A stretch of DNA of 64,000 bases. It comes from Parabacteroides sp. GTDB lineage: Bacteria > Bacteroidota > Bacteroidia > Bacteroidales > Tannerellaceae. Below, piece after piece: positions 38,367 to 47,853 of this stretch (its first letter is position 1; every line of letters begins with the position of its first letter). The DNA lies in contig JAFUOJ010000018.1 in assembly GCA_017481945.1 (NCBI GenBank), positions 58,744 through 122,743 of the forward strand. The letters are read 5' to 3'. The notes beneath the pieces are model-generated. The model was not told the origin of the DNA. It saw nothing but the letters and a program-made list of their open reading frames with translations, and searched no databases. The position numbers were made by a program, and so were the translations under genes.

Positions 38367-39698
38367 ATGAAGAATTGGATTAGAAATATAGTAGGATTAC
38401 TTGTTCTTTTAGGTATAATGTCTGCTTGTGGACGTTCAGAAGAAGAACGTAGTCGTATTCTAAAAGTTTATAATTGGGCGGATTATATAGATGAGGAGGT
38501 CTTAGCGGAGTTCCCCAAATGGTATAAAGAACAAACGGGTGAGGATATTCGTATTATATATCAAGTTTTTGATATTAATGAGATTATGCTTACTAAGATT
38601 GAGCGGGGACATGAAGATTTTGATTTAATCTGTCCATCTGAATATATTATTGAACGAATGTTGAAGAAGAACTTACTTCTGCCTATAGATAGAAACTTTG
38701 GAAAAACACCCGATTATTTGAATAATGTTTCTCCTTATATACAGGAACAATTGAATAAATTAAGTCAACCGGGACGGAAAACAACGGATTATGTTGTTCC
38801 TTATATGTGGGGAACAGCAGGACTTCTTTATAATAAGGAATTTGTTGCAGATGAAACAGTTGAGAGTTGGGATTGTCTTTGGGAACCAAAGTTTAAAAGT
38901 AAGATTCTGATGAAAGACAGTTATCGCGATGCTTATGGTACTGCTATTATTTATGCACATACAAAAGAATTGGCTACAGGTGCAGTAACTGTTGAGCAAT
39001 TAATGAATGATAATTCTCCAGAGGCAATTGCTAAAGCTGAAAGTTATCTGAAAAAGATGAAACCGAATATTGCAGGTTGGGAAGCTGATTTCGGAAAAGA
39101 AATGATGACGAAAGGAAAAGCTTGGTTGAATTTTACATGGAGTGGAGATGCAGTTTGGGCTATAGAAGAGGCAGAAGCTGTAGGAGTAGAATTAGACTAT
39201 GTTGTGCCCCAGGAAGGAAGTAATATTTGGTATGATGGTTGGGCTATACCTAAGTATGCTCGTAATGTAAAAGCAGCCAGTTATTTTATTGACTATATGT
39301 GTAGTCCTGATGTCGCTCTACGAAATATGGATGCAATAGGATATGTAAGTGCTGTTGCAACTCCTGAAATATTGGAAGCAAAAATAGATTCGACGATTGA
39401 AGAAGTTTCTGATCTTAGTTATTTCTTTGGTCCGAAAGCTAAAAATATTCATATTGATCCAGTACAATATCCGGACAAAAAGGTTGTGGAACGTTGTGCT
39501 ATGATTCGTGATTTTGGTGATCGAACAGAGTTAGTTCTTGAGATGTGGAGTCGGGTAAAGGGAGATAATTTAAATACCGGAATCGTATTATTGATCTTTG
39601 CTGTATTTGGAGTTTTGTTAGTTTGGTTAGTGTATCGTAGGATCCGTCAGTATAAACAACGTAAACGTTTTCATAGACGTCGCCGTCGTCGTTGGTAA
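38367..39698 (+). CDS. potD: Polyamine ABC substrate-binding lipoprotein with C-terminal TM and Arg-rich tail
   Basis: Lipobox MSAC, VYNWADYI, PSEY, PYMWGT, WSGDA, PQEGSNIW. Confidence 0.88.
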   Translation: MKNWIRNIVGLLVLLGIMSACGRSEEERSRILKVYNWADYIDEEVLAEFPKWYKEQTGEDIRIIYQVFDINEIMLTKIERGHEDFDLICPSEYIIERMLKKNLLLPIDRNFGKTPDYLNNVSPYIQEQLNKLSQPGRKTTDYVVPYMWGTAGLLYNKEFVADETVESWDCLWEPKFKSKILMKDSYRDAYGTAIIYAHTKELATGAVTVEQLMNDNSPEAIAKAESYLKKMKPNIAGWEADFGKEMMTKGKAWLNFTWSGDAVWAIEEAEAVGVELDYVVPQEGSNIWYDGWAIPKYARNVKAASYFIDYMCSPDVALRNMDAIGYVSAVATPEILEAKIDSTIEEVSDLSYFFGPKAKNIHIDPVQYPDKKVVERCAMIRDFGDRTELVLEMWSRVKGDNLNTGIVLLIFAVFGVLLVWLVYRRIRQYKQRKRFHRRRRRRW

Positions 39699-39727
39699 GA
39701 TTCTCCTCGGGAAAAGACTGTTTATTT

Positions 39728-40339
39728 ATGAAAGGAATTAAAAATATAATATTTGATTTTGGAGGTGTAATTATAAATCTCACTCGCAATCGTTGTATAG
39801 AAGCATTTGAAAATTTAGGTGTTATAAATGTGCGTGACCAACTTGTTAATAATTACCAGCATAAAGATCTTTTTATGCAGATTGAGATGGGATTAATTAC
39901 ACCTGCTGAATTTCGAAATAGAATCCGACTTTTGACAAGACGCTCCTTAACTGATGAACAGATAGATGAAGCTTGGATTGCTATGCTTGATGATATTCCT
40001 ATTTATAAACTAGAGTTATTACTAGAACTACGTAAACAGTATAATACAATATTATTGAGTAATACAAATGTGATTCATTGGAAATGGGCTGAGCAAACCT
40101 TCTTTTCGTACAAAGGACATCAGGTATCTGATTTTTTTGATAGAATTTATCTTTCCTACCAGTTACATATGGAAAAACCAAATACTGATATCTTTGAGTA
40201 CGTTATAGAGAATGCGAATATTTCTCCAACAGAAACTCTTTTTATTGATGATGCTATTCCTAATTGTCGTACAGCTGAAACTTTAGGAATACGCACTTAT
40301 ACTCCACAAGCAAGGGAAGATTGGTCACATTTGTTTTGA
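39728..40339 (+). CDS. HAD family phosphatase
   Basis: IFDFGGV, LLSNTN, EKP, FIDD; start at ATG 39728. Confidence 0.88.
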   Translation: MKGIKNIIFDFGGVIINLTRNRCIEAFENLGVINVRDQLVNNYQHKDLFMQIEMGLITPAEFRNRIRLLTRRSLTDEQIDEAWIAMLDDIPIYKLELLLELRKQYNTILLSNTNVIHWKWAEQTFFSYKGHQVSDFFDRIYLSYQLHMEKPNTDIFEYVIENANISPTETLFIDDAIPNCRTAETLGIRTYTPQAREDWSHLF

Positions 40340-40342
40340 GTA

Positions 40343-41029
40343 TTAGATGTCTTTTATATTCAATATGTTATAAGATGTTTTGAAATCATATACATCACTT
40401 CCATCTACTTTTTTGATATATTCTACAATACGAATTGTAATAGGTAAAATAATGGCCTCATATACGGATTTTAAAATAGCTTGAGTCCCAATCATAATAA
40501 GTATTTCATTTGCTGGTATTAGTCCTGCAAATGCAATAGGGAAAAATATCAGAGAATCTGCACTTTCCCCAATTAAAGTGGAAACAATGGCTCGTAAAGA
40601 GAAATTTTTCCCTGAAGAAGCAATTTTCATTTTGCTCATTACAAATGCATTTAGAAAAGAACCTACTAAAAATGCTAATAAACTAGCTATAGCAATACGT
40701 GGTGCCATTCCAAACACAAAATTGAATCCTTCTTCACCTTCCCAAAATGGTGCTGCAGGTAACATGACTGCAATTTGTGCTAATCCAATAACTAAGAAGT
40801 TTGAAAGGAATCCACTCCAAATAATTAAACGGGCTTTCTTAAACCCCCAGACTTCGGCAATACAATCATTGATGATATAGGAGATTGGAAATACAATTAC
40901 TCCAGCAGTTGCTGTGATACAACCAATTTGAATAACTTTTGTTTCTAACAAATTTGACGCTACTAGGCATATATTAAATAAAATTCCCAATAGCATAAAC
41001 GGAACGGTTACGGTAGTCGTTTTCTGCAT
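40343..41029 (-). CDS. Queuosine precursor transporter (YhhQ/VUT family)
   Basis: SNLLETK, FPISYIINDCIAEVWG, RIAIASLLAFLVGSFLN, RAIVSTLIGESADS. Confidence 0.9.
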   Translation of the reverse strand: MQKTTTVTVPFMLLGILFNICLVASNLLETKVIQIGCITATAGVIVFPISYIINDCIAEVWGFKKARLIIWSGFLSNFLVIGLAQIAVMLPAAPFWEGEEGFNFVFGMAPRIAIASLLAFLVGSFLNAFVMSKMKIASSGKNFSLRAIVSTLIGESADSLIFFPIAFAGLIPANEILIMIGTQAILKSVYEAIILPITIRIVEYIKKVDGSDVYDFKTSYNILNIKDI

Positions 41030-41033
41030 ATAT

Positions 41034-41064
41034 CTTGTTTTTTACGAGGTTAATCAAGCACTCG
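41034..41064 (-). ncRNA. Probable preQ1-I riboswitch aptamer
   Basis: Minus strand CGAG-UGCUUGAUUAAC-CUCG-UAAAAAA-CAAG: P1 stem, A-rich tail, loop CUUG/CAAG pseudoknot; ends 4 nt before the transporter ATG; TATCTTTG promoter at 41102..41109. Confidence 0.7.
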
Positions 41065-41119
41065 GTGAATAAAAGAAATACTTAAATAAATATTTCGGGC
41101 GCAAAGATAAGGTTTTATT

Positions 41120-41767
41120 TTAGAATTTGAATGAATAACCAATACTAATTCCATTACGATGGTTAACTGTATCGTAATATCCTTTGCTAAAAGTATGATA
41201 ACGATAATATAGTTCTATACTATTGTGGGTATCTATTTGATAAGTACATCCTGCAGAGTATCTAATTTTATCAGTGTGCATATTTTTCTTTGTATTATTG
41301 AAAGGTTCAATATAAAGATAAGGTTCAAATTTTGAAGTTCCAATTTTGTATGAGAGTTTTAATCTGCTCCGTAAAGCATTAGAAGAACCGGATTTTCCTT
41401 TTGTGTAGGTACTTTGAAAACGTTCACGTATGGAGACTTTAAAGTTTCCCCAATTATATGAACCTGTAAGATAAAAATAATAACGATGTCGTATATCTTT
41501 TATCCCTTTATATTGAATAAAAGACATATAACCTGCACCCCCTAATAAATAGTTAGGTAGAATGCGGTAATTAACTTCTGCTGTTGTTAGAAACCATTCT
41601 GCTCTGAAATCAGAACGAAATCGGGTGTCTTCTTCAATAAAAAAAGAAAGACGCTTATATATTTTTCCCGATAAATTGGCTCGAAAGGCAAACCCAGTAC
41701 CTTCCATAGCATATAACGGTGGAAATAATAGTAAGAGAAAAAGACAATATATAATAAGTTTTTTCAT
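41120..41767 (-). CDS. DUF2490-like outer-membrane beta-barrel protein
   Basis: Signal peptide, SIRERFQ..LRSRLKL, C-terminal YSFKF; start at ATG 41767. Confidence 0.72.
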   Translation of the reverse strand: MKKLIIYCLFLLLLFPPLYAMEGTGFAFRANLSGKIYKRLSFFIEEDTRFRSDFRAEWFLTTAEVNYRILPNYLLGGAGYMSFIQYKGIKDIRHRYYFYLTGSYNWGNFKVSIRERFQSTYTKGKSGSSNALRSRLKLSYKIGTSKFEPYLYIEPFNNTKKNMHTDKIRYSAGCTYQIDTHNSIELYYRYHTFSKGYYDTVNHRNGISIGYSFKF

Positions 41768-41833
41768 GAAAATAATATATCTTTTGTAATCGTACAAAAG
41801 TATAAAAAATCAAAGTCTTTTCATATATATACA

Positions 41834-42589
41834 TTATAATTTACCTAAAAAGTGTTTTTCTAAATATGTATAAAACTTATCCTTATATTGATTTCCAATA
41901 GGAATGTAGAGGTCCTTTCCATAAATAATTCGGTTATTGGCAACTGCCGATATTTTTTCTAAGTTTACAATATAAGATCGATGAACTCGCATAAATTTAT
42001 CAGCAGGTAATCGTTCTTCTAATTTTTTCATACTTAATAGTGTCATGATTGGTTTTTGATTTTCTAAGAAAATACGAATGTACTCATTTTGACTTTCCAT
42101 GTAAATAATGCTATTTGTGTCTAATCGAATCATTTTGTAGTCTGCTTTTATGAATAGGCTATTATTCTCACTTTCATTTATATTTGTGGATGGAGTGGAT
42201 ACAGAGAATGGAATACTTTGTGCTTTAGACATAAGTTCATATTGGTGTAATGCTTTATTAGCTGCCCGAAGGAAGTCATTGTAGCCAAAAGGTTTCATTA
42301 AGTAATCGAGAGCACTTACTCGAAAACCTTCGATTGCATATTCGGTGTAGGCAGTTGTAAAAATAATCATAGGTTTATTTATTAATGATTTTGCGAAATC
42401 TACACCGTTTAAATCTGGCATATTGATATCTGTGAAGATTAAATCAATGGGTTCCTTTGCTAAAAAGTCTAGTGCTTCCAAAGCGTTATTGCACGCTTTG
42501 ACTAAATCTAAAAAAGGAACTTTTTCTATGTATCCTGTTAGTTGCTGTAAGGCCAATGGCTCATCATCTATTGCAATACATCGTATCAT
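41834..42589 (-). CDS. LytTR family response regulator
   Basis: IDDEPLA, DINMP, DYLMKP, FMRVHRSYIVN. Confidence 0.93.
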   Translation of the reverse strand: MIRCIAIDDEPLALQQLTGYIEKVPFLDLVKACNNALEALDFLAKEPIDLIFTDINMPDLNGVDFAKSLINKPMIIFTTAYTEYAIEGFRVSALDYLMKPFGYNDFLRAANKALHQYELMSKAQSIPFSVSTPSTNINESENNSLFIKADYKMIRLDTNSIIYMESQNEYIRIFLENQKPIMTLLSMKKLEERLPADKFMRVHRSYIVNLEKISAVANNRIIYGKDLYIPIGNQYKDKFYTYLEKHFLGKL

Positions 42590-43749
42590 AACTGTATAGG
42601 AATTATTAAAAGTACACGATATTGATTGTCTTTATTTTCTATATCTAAAGTATAATTTGTATTGTAGAGTAATTGTAATCGCTTGCGTGTATTTTCTAAA
42701 CCGATACCGATTTGTTTAGTTTTGTGTGTGTTGTATATACTATTTATAATTAAACAGTGTAATTCTTTTTCTTTTATTTCCATAGAAAGTTGGACAAAAG
42801 ATTCGTGTTGATAGCTAATTCCATGTTTGAAAGCATTCTCTACGAAAGAGATAAATAACAATGGTGGTATTTGAATGTTGGGTATTTCTTTGGGTAGAGA
42901 TACATGAATCTTAACTTGTTCTGTGTATCTAATTTTCATAAGTTCTATGTAATTAGAAAGAAAATGAATCTCTTTTTCAAGAGGAACAGAAGATAAAGAA
43001 GATTCGTAAAGAACATAACGCATAATTTTGGATAACTCTAAAACTGTCTTTTGAGCTTTCTCCTTATCAATATCTATTAGTGCATGAATATTATTTAAGG
43101 TATTCATGAAAAAATGTGGATTGATTTGATGTTTTAGATAGATTAGTTCAGCTTCAGAAGCCTGCTTTTGTAATTCTTTCATTTTATGCTCATCACGAAT
43201 GGATTTAAATAGGAACTTGATAGCCATATTTATTCCAATAATTAGTATAATGAGTAAAAAAAGAGGAAAAAGCATAGGAAAATGGAAAAATCCAATTCCT
43301 GGCTTTGGTGGTGTTTCCGGATTGAATCGATGATCTGGTATAGGTTTTTCTAGATGGATTCGCTCTTGTCCTAAAGGGGGACGCTGTCCGGATCTTTCCA
43401 CAAATTCTCGATTTACCCAAGGAGGACGATTCGCAGGTATATCTCGTTTGGGCATAGATTGTAAACAGACAATGGAAATTAAAATGATACCACAAGTCGT
43501 AAACAAATATAGCCATGACTTTTTACGGATGAGTAAAAAGGGAAGTAAGATGTAGTTATGAATTAGAAACAGGATAAAGAGCGGACAAAGCATTTTCCAT
43601 ATTTGGAAAGTCGCTTCCCAATTGATACCTGATGAGCTACGGGATTGATCTAAATCCCATAAAGGTATAATAAAGAAGATTACCCATATAACTAGGTAAA
43701 TAAGATTTTCTAAAAGTTTAAGTCTACGTTCCTGCTTCTCCATATCCAT
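42586..43749 (-). CDS. LytS-type sensor histidine kinase
   Basis: LKHQINPHFFMNTLNNI, FVENAFKHG, GIGLEN; N-terminal TMs. Confidence 0.92.
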   Translation of the reverse strand: MDMEKQERRLKLLENLIYLVIWVIFFIIPLWDLDQSRSSSGINWEATFQIWKMLCPLFILFLIHNYILLPFLLIRKKSWLYLFTTCGIILISIVCLQSMPKRDIPANRPPWVNREFVERSGQRPPLGQERIHLEKPIPDHRFNPETPPKPGIGFFHFPMLFPLFLLIILIIGINMAIKFLFKSIRDEHKMKELQKQASEAELIYLKHQINPHFFMNTLNNIHALIDIDKEKAQKTVLELSKIMRYVLYESSLSSVPLEKEIHFLSNYIELMKIRYTEQVKIHVSLPKEIPNIQIPPLLFISFVENAFKHGISYQHESFVQLSMEIKEKELHCLIINSIYNTHKTKQIGIGLENTRKRLQLLYNTNYTLDIENKDNQYRVLLIIPIQL

Positions 43750-43862
43750 CTATATTGGTAAACAAAAATAAGATGTTACTTTCCGAATAAAAAAAGAAAT
43801 CGGTAAACAGTAGACTTTTATCGATGAAAGCAGAAAATAGATAGTTATTCTGCGATTCTTTA

Positions 43863-44729
43863 TTAAAAACACCTGATGTATCCCAAAGAGAAGGAATCAT
43901 ATAGATTATCCTTCATCCCGTGTGTGTAGCGAAAAGAGATGATATTCTTTTTGATTTCGTATCGTAAATTATTACGCCAATGAATAGGACGGTCCCCATT
44001 ATTCTCATACCCATAGAATCCGGCTATGTTGGTAGAGAATGTAAATCCTCTATGTTTTCCTGTAAGTCCGGCTCCGTATGCTATTGCGTCATTTTGTCGA
44101 TGTACTAAATCATTCGTTGTCCAGCAGTAAAAACCTACTAAAGCTTGCATACGGATAGATGACTTATTGTCTGTACTTTCCCAAAGATTTCTTCCTATAT
44201 TGGCGTCGAACCAGTAGGAAGCTGCGTCTGTAAAACGAGCATCACACAATCGTCCTCCACTTGCAGTTTTAATATTAGCACTGATTACTATATCTACCCA
44301 TTTCTTACTTCTTAATACTTGGAAGAAGGAACCAATAATAATATCTCCATTGTACTTAATGGGACTTTCTACATCTACGGCAAATCGTTCGTCGCGTGTT
44401 TCTGGAGTCAATTTATATTTTTCTTTAAAACACCAACTGATTTCCATTCCCGCACGACCGCGGAAAAAAGGAAGTAAGGCACGTCCTACAACATCCCATG
44501 TTTTATCACCCGTATAATGATGGTATTCTCCTCGTATCTCAACCTCATAGCGTTCGCTAACCAATCCGTCTCTCATTTCCGGAATAGGAAAAGCGTTTGG
44601 ACCAAAATAGCGTGGAGAATAAATGAGATATTCAGTCTTGTCTCGCCAACTATCATTCTCAGCTTGTCCTGAAAGGTTTGAGAATACAAATATGAATGAG
44701 ACTAATAATATTCTAAAGAAATATTTCAT
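43863..44729 (-). CDS. Hypothetical exported / outer-membrane protein
   Basis: Signal peptide from ATG 44729, SPRYFGPNAFP, C-terminal aromatic F. Confidence 0.7.
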   Translation of the reverse strand: MKYFFRILLVSFIFVFSNLSGQAENDSWRDKTEYLIYSPRYFGPNAFPIPEMRDGLVSERYEVEIRGEYHHYTGDKTWDVVGRALLPFFRGRAGMEISWCFKEKYKLTPETRDERFAVDVESPIKYNGDIIIGSFFQVLRSKKWVDIVISANIKTASGGRLCDARFTDAASYWFDANIGRNLWESTDNKSSIRMQALVGFYCWTTNDLVHRQNDAIAYGAGLTGKHRGFTFSTNIAGFYGYENNGDRPIHWRNNLRYEIKKNIISFRYTHGMKDNLYDSFSLGYIRCF

Positions 44730-44819
44730 AATGAGTATTTTTTTCTTCAAGCCACAAAAGTACATATTTCGGATGATATTATTATATTTGTTCATTGAAT
44801 CTTTAAAACTTAAAAATCC

Positions 44820-45728
44820 ATGAAACAATTACATTTCGGAAAAATCTTATGGAGCGTAATGTTCCTTCTTTTTGTTTGTACGATTTCAGCTCGTAAACCG
44901 ATAAAAACTTTATTAATAACTGGACAGAATAATCATAATTGGCCGGTGAGTCATGTTGTGTTGAAGCAGATCTTAGAAAATTCAGGTTACTTTAAAGTGG
45001 ATTTCGCCATTTCTCCGGAGAAGGGAAAAGATATGTCTAATTTTATTTTAGATTTTACTGCTTATCAATTGGTTGTCTTGGATTATAATGGTGATAGCTG
45101 GCCGGAGGAAACAAATCAGCGCTTTTTGCAATATGTACAAAACGGCGGTGGAGTTGTTGTTTATCATGCTGCTGATAATGCGTTTGCTAAGTGGAAAGAG
45201 TATAATTTAATCTGTGCATTAGGCGGTTGGGATGGAAGAAATGAGAATTCAGGACCGTATGTTTATTGGAGAGACGGACGTTTAGTGAAAGATAGTTCTG
45301 CCGGTCTCAGTGGTTCACATGGAAATCAACATGAATATGTTTTGAATGGACGAGACAAAGAACATCCGATTATGAAAGGATTACCACTTAAGTGGCGTCA
45401 CGCAAAAGATGAATTATATGACCGTATGCGTGGACCCGGTAATATCCAGAGCATATTGTATACAGCTTATTCAGATAAAGAGACAAGAGGTTCCGGGCGT
45501 GAAGAACCTTTGGTTTTTACCGTAGATTATGGAAAAGCACGTATCTTTCATACGATGTTAGGACATGCCGGAGAAACAGTAGAGGATAATATCGCAATGC
45601 AATGTACCGGTTTCCAAGTTCTTCTGCTTCGTGGCGCAGAATGGGCTGCAACAGGAAAAGTAACTCAAAAAGTTCCTAAAGATTTCCCTACGGAAAATAC
45701 ATGTTCTTATCGTAAGGATTATAAATGA
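44820..45728 (+). CDS. ThuA-like domain secreted protein
   Basis: Signal peptide, TGQNNHNW, GGGVVVYHAA, DELY, FHTMLGH, RGAEWAA. Confidence 0.82.
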   Translation: MKQLHFGKILWSVMFLLFVCTISARKPIKTLLITGQNNHNWPVSHVVLKQILENSGYFKVDFAISPEKGKDMSNFILDFTAYQLVVLDYNGDSWPEETNQRFLQYVQNGGGVVVYHAADNAFAKWKEYNLICALGGWDGRNENSGPYVYWRDGRLVKDSSAGLSGSHGNQHEYVLNGRDKEHPIMKGLPLKWRHAKDELYDRMRGPGNIQSILYTAYSDKETRGSGREEPLVFTVDYGKARIFHTMLGHAGETVEDNIAMQCTGFQVLLLRGAEWAATGKVTQKVPKDFPTENTCSYRKDYK

Positions 45729-45730
45729 TT

Positions 45731-45767
45731 ATAGAAAAGGGCAAGTTTGATTCTTGCCCTTTTCTAT
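45731..45767. terminator. Bidirectional intrinsic terminator
   Basis: ATAGAAAAGGGCAAG-tttgatt-CTTGCCCTTTTCTAT. Confidence 0.85.
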
Positions 45768-45777
45768 TTTTGTTGAA

Positions 45778-46725
45778 TTATAAAGGATATTCCTCGAATG
45801 CATATAAAATTGTAGACAAATATCTTTCTCCTGTATCAGGTAATAAAGCCACAATTGTCTTTCCTGCGTTTTCTGGTCGTTGTGCCAACTGTGTTGCTGC
45901 ATATACCGCTGCACCGGATGATATTCCTACCAGCAATCCTTCTTTCTGAGCTAATTCACGAGAAGTACGAATGGCATTGTCTCCTTCTACAGTAATGATT
46001 TCATCAACAACAGAACTGTTATACGTTTTAGGGATGAATCCTGCCCCAATTCCTTGGATTTTATGAGGACCGGGTTTCCCACCGGAAAGGACTGGAGAGT
46101 CAGTCGGTTCTACTGCTACAATTTTAATTTGGGGATTATGCGCTTTCAAGCCTTTTCCTACACCACTTACAGTTCCTCCTGTTCCAACTCCTGCTACAAA
46201 GATATCTACTTTTCCGTCTGTATCACGCCAGATCTCTTCAGCTGTAGTAGTAACATGCTTTGCCGGATTCGCTGGATTTTCAAACTGTTGTAAAATGATA
46301 GAACCGGGCGTTTCATTACGTAGAGCTTCTGCTTTAACAATAGCTCCTTTCATACCTTCTGCTCCCGGAGTTAGAACTAAATGGGCTCCTAATGCTTTCA
46401 ATAAATTTCTCCGTTCCATACTCATTGTGTCAGGCATAGTCAGGATTAATTTATAACCTTTAGCGGCTGATACAAAAGCCAAGCCTACCCCTGTATTTCC
46501 ACTGGTTGGCTCGATGATGGTTGCACCGGGTTTCAGAAGACCTTTTTCTTCAGCGTCTTCAATCATCGCTAAGGCGATACGATCTTTTACACTACCGGCT
46601 GGATTGAAATATTCCAGCTTCCCGATAACTTTCGCTTTTAACTCTTTACTTGCATTGAAGTTTTCAAACTCTAACAACGGTGTATTTCCTACAAGGTCGA
46701 TTAGTTTTTTTACTATGTGTGCCAT
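45778..46725 (-). CDS. cysK: Cysteine synthase A
   Basis: [41 protein letters not shown]. Confidence 0.96.
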   Translation of the reverse strand: MAHIVKKLIDLVGNTPLLEFENFNASKELKAKVIGKLEYFNPAGSVKDRIALAMIEDAEEKGLLKPGATIIEPTSGNTGVGLAFVSAAKGYKLILTMPDTMSMERRNLLKALGAHLVLTPGAEGMKGAIVKAEALRNETPGSIILQQFENPANPAKHVTTTAEEIWRDTDGKVDIFVAGVGTGGTVSGVGKGLKAHNPQIKIVAVEPTDSPVLSGGKPGPHKIQGIGAGFIPKTYNSSVVDEIITVEGDNAIRTSRELAQKEGLLVGISSGAAVYAATQLAQRPENAGKTIVALLPDTGERYLSTILYAFEEYPL

Positions 46726-46755
46726 TGGATAAATAATTTAATAATTATGTATTTA

Positions 46756-47853
46756 TTACCTATTAAGTAGGCGTCTCATTGTTTGCATTTTAGCTTCCGT
46801 CTCTTGCCACTCGCTTTCCGGTTCGGAAGAGGGTAGGAGTCCACTACCTGCGTATAAAACAAGCCGATCAGAAAGGATGTTCATGCAACGCAGGTTTACA
46901 TATAAGTCGCTTTTCCCTTCGGGTTCTAACCAGCCGATAAAACCTGAGTAATACTGCCGGTCGTATCCTTCATTCTCTTGAATAAACCGATACGCTTTTT
47001 CCTTGGGCAGTCCGCAGACAGCAGGAGTAGGATGTAATCGCTTTAATAAATCTCCCAACTTTTTATTGTTGGGTAAAGGAAAACAAAAGTCACTTTTCAG
47101 ATGAGCCAGTTCTCCGGCACGTACAGGCTTTGGAACTGTTTCTGTTGGTTGGATATCCAACGAGTGTAATTGTTTACGGATATAGAAAGCGACATATTCT
47201 TGTTCTTCCCTGTTTTTACTATCCCATTGGATTGGCAGTTCTCCGTTTTGAAGCGGTTGAGTCCCAGCTAATGCTACAGTATGCCATTCTCCTTTTTCCC
47301 CGGAGAGAATAATTTCGGGTGTACTACCAAGCCAAGTCCCCGTTTCGGGGGTATGACAAAGATAGACGTACGAATAAATGTAGCGCTTCATTGCTTTATG
47401 GAACGCTACGGCAGGCGAAAAATCAGCAGTACTTTCTTCTGTTTGATGGCGTGAGAGCACCAACTTATCGAACTCGTTTCGGCGGAGCGGATCGATGAAG
47501 AGTTGAAAACGATAGTTGTAATCTTCTTTATTTTTCTCTGCGCATCGGATTTTAGTTTCATGCCTATGAAACTTTTGTTCCCTGCCTATGAAACTTTTGT
47601 TTCCTGACGATGGAACTTTTCGGGAATCAGGACGAATCAAAACAATCGGGTGCAGCTCATCTACATGGAATGGGGCAATTACAAAACCGCTTTGCTCATC
47701 CAAATCTTCAATATTGTAGAAAAGACGGACAGAACCAGAGGTTTGCATGGCGAATTGAGGAGATTCTCCGGGAATACGCCAGAGGGCAAAGCTCTGATTC
47801 TCTTTAATGAGTGTATCTATGATATCACAAGTACTTTTCTCTTCAGGTGTCAT
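46756..47853 (-). CDS. menF: Isochorismate synthase (MenF/EntC family)
   Basis: KLVLSR, GSTPE, ALAGT, EEQ, LHPTPAVCG, YVNLRC, AGSG...E..ET..K. Confidence 0.85.
   Translation of the reverse strand: MTPEEKSTCDIIDTLIKENQSFALWRIPGESPQFAMQTSGSVRLFYNIEDLDEQSGFVIAPFHVDELHPIVLIRPDSRKVPSSGNKSFIGREQKFHRHETKIRCAEKNKEDYNYRFQLFIDPLRRNEFDKLVLSRHQTEESTADFSPAVAFHKAMKRYIYSYVYLCHTPETGTWLGSTPEIILSGEKGEWHTVALAGTQPLQNGELPIQWDSKNREEQEYVAFYIRKQLHSLDIQPTETVPKPVRAGELAHLKSDFCFPLPNNKKLGDLLKRLHPTPAVCGLPKEKAYRFIQENEGYDRQYYSGFIGWLEPEGKSDLYVNLRCMNILSDRLVLYAGSGLLPSSEPESEWQETEAKMQTMRRLLNR
47555..47620. repeat. Three tandem 22-bp palindromic units (GTTTCA-N6-TGAAAC-TTTT consensus) inside isochorismate synthase CDS
   Basis: GTTTCATGCCTATGAAACTTTT / GTTCCCTGCCTATGAAACTTTT / GTTTCCTGACGATGGAACTTTT; 66 bp = 22 codons. 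Confidence 0.88.
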
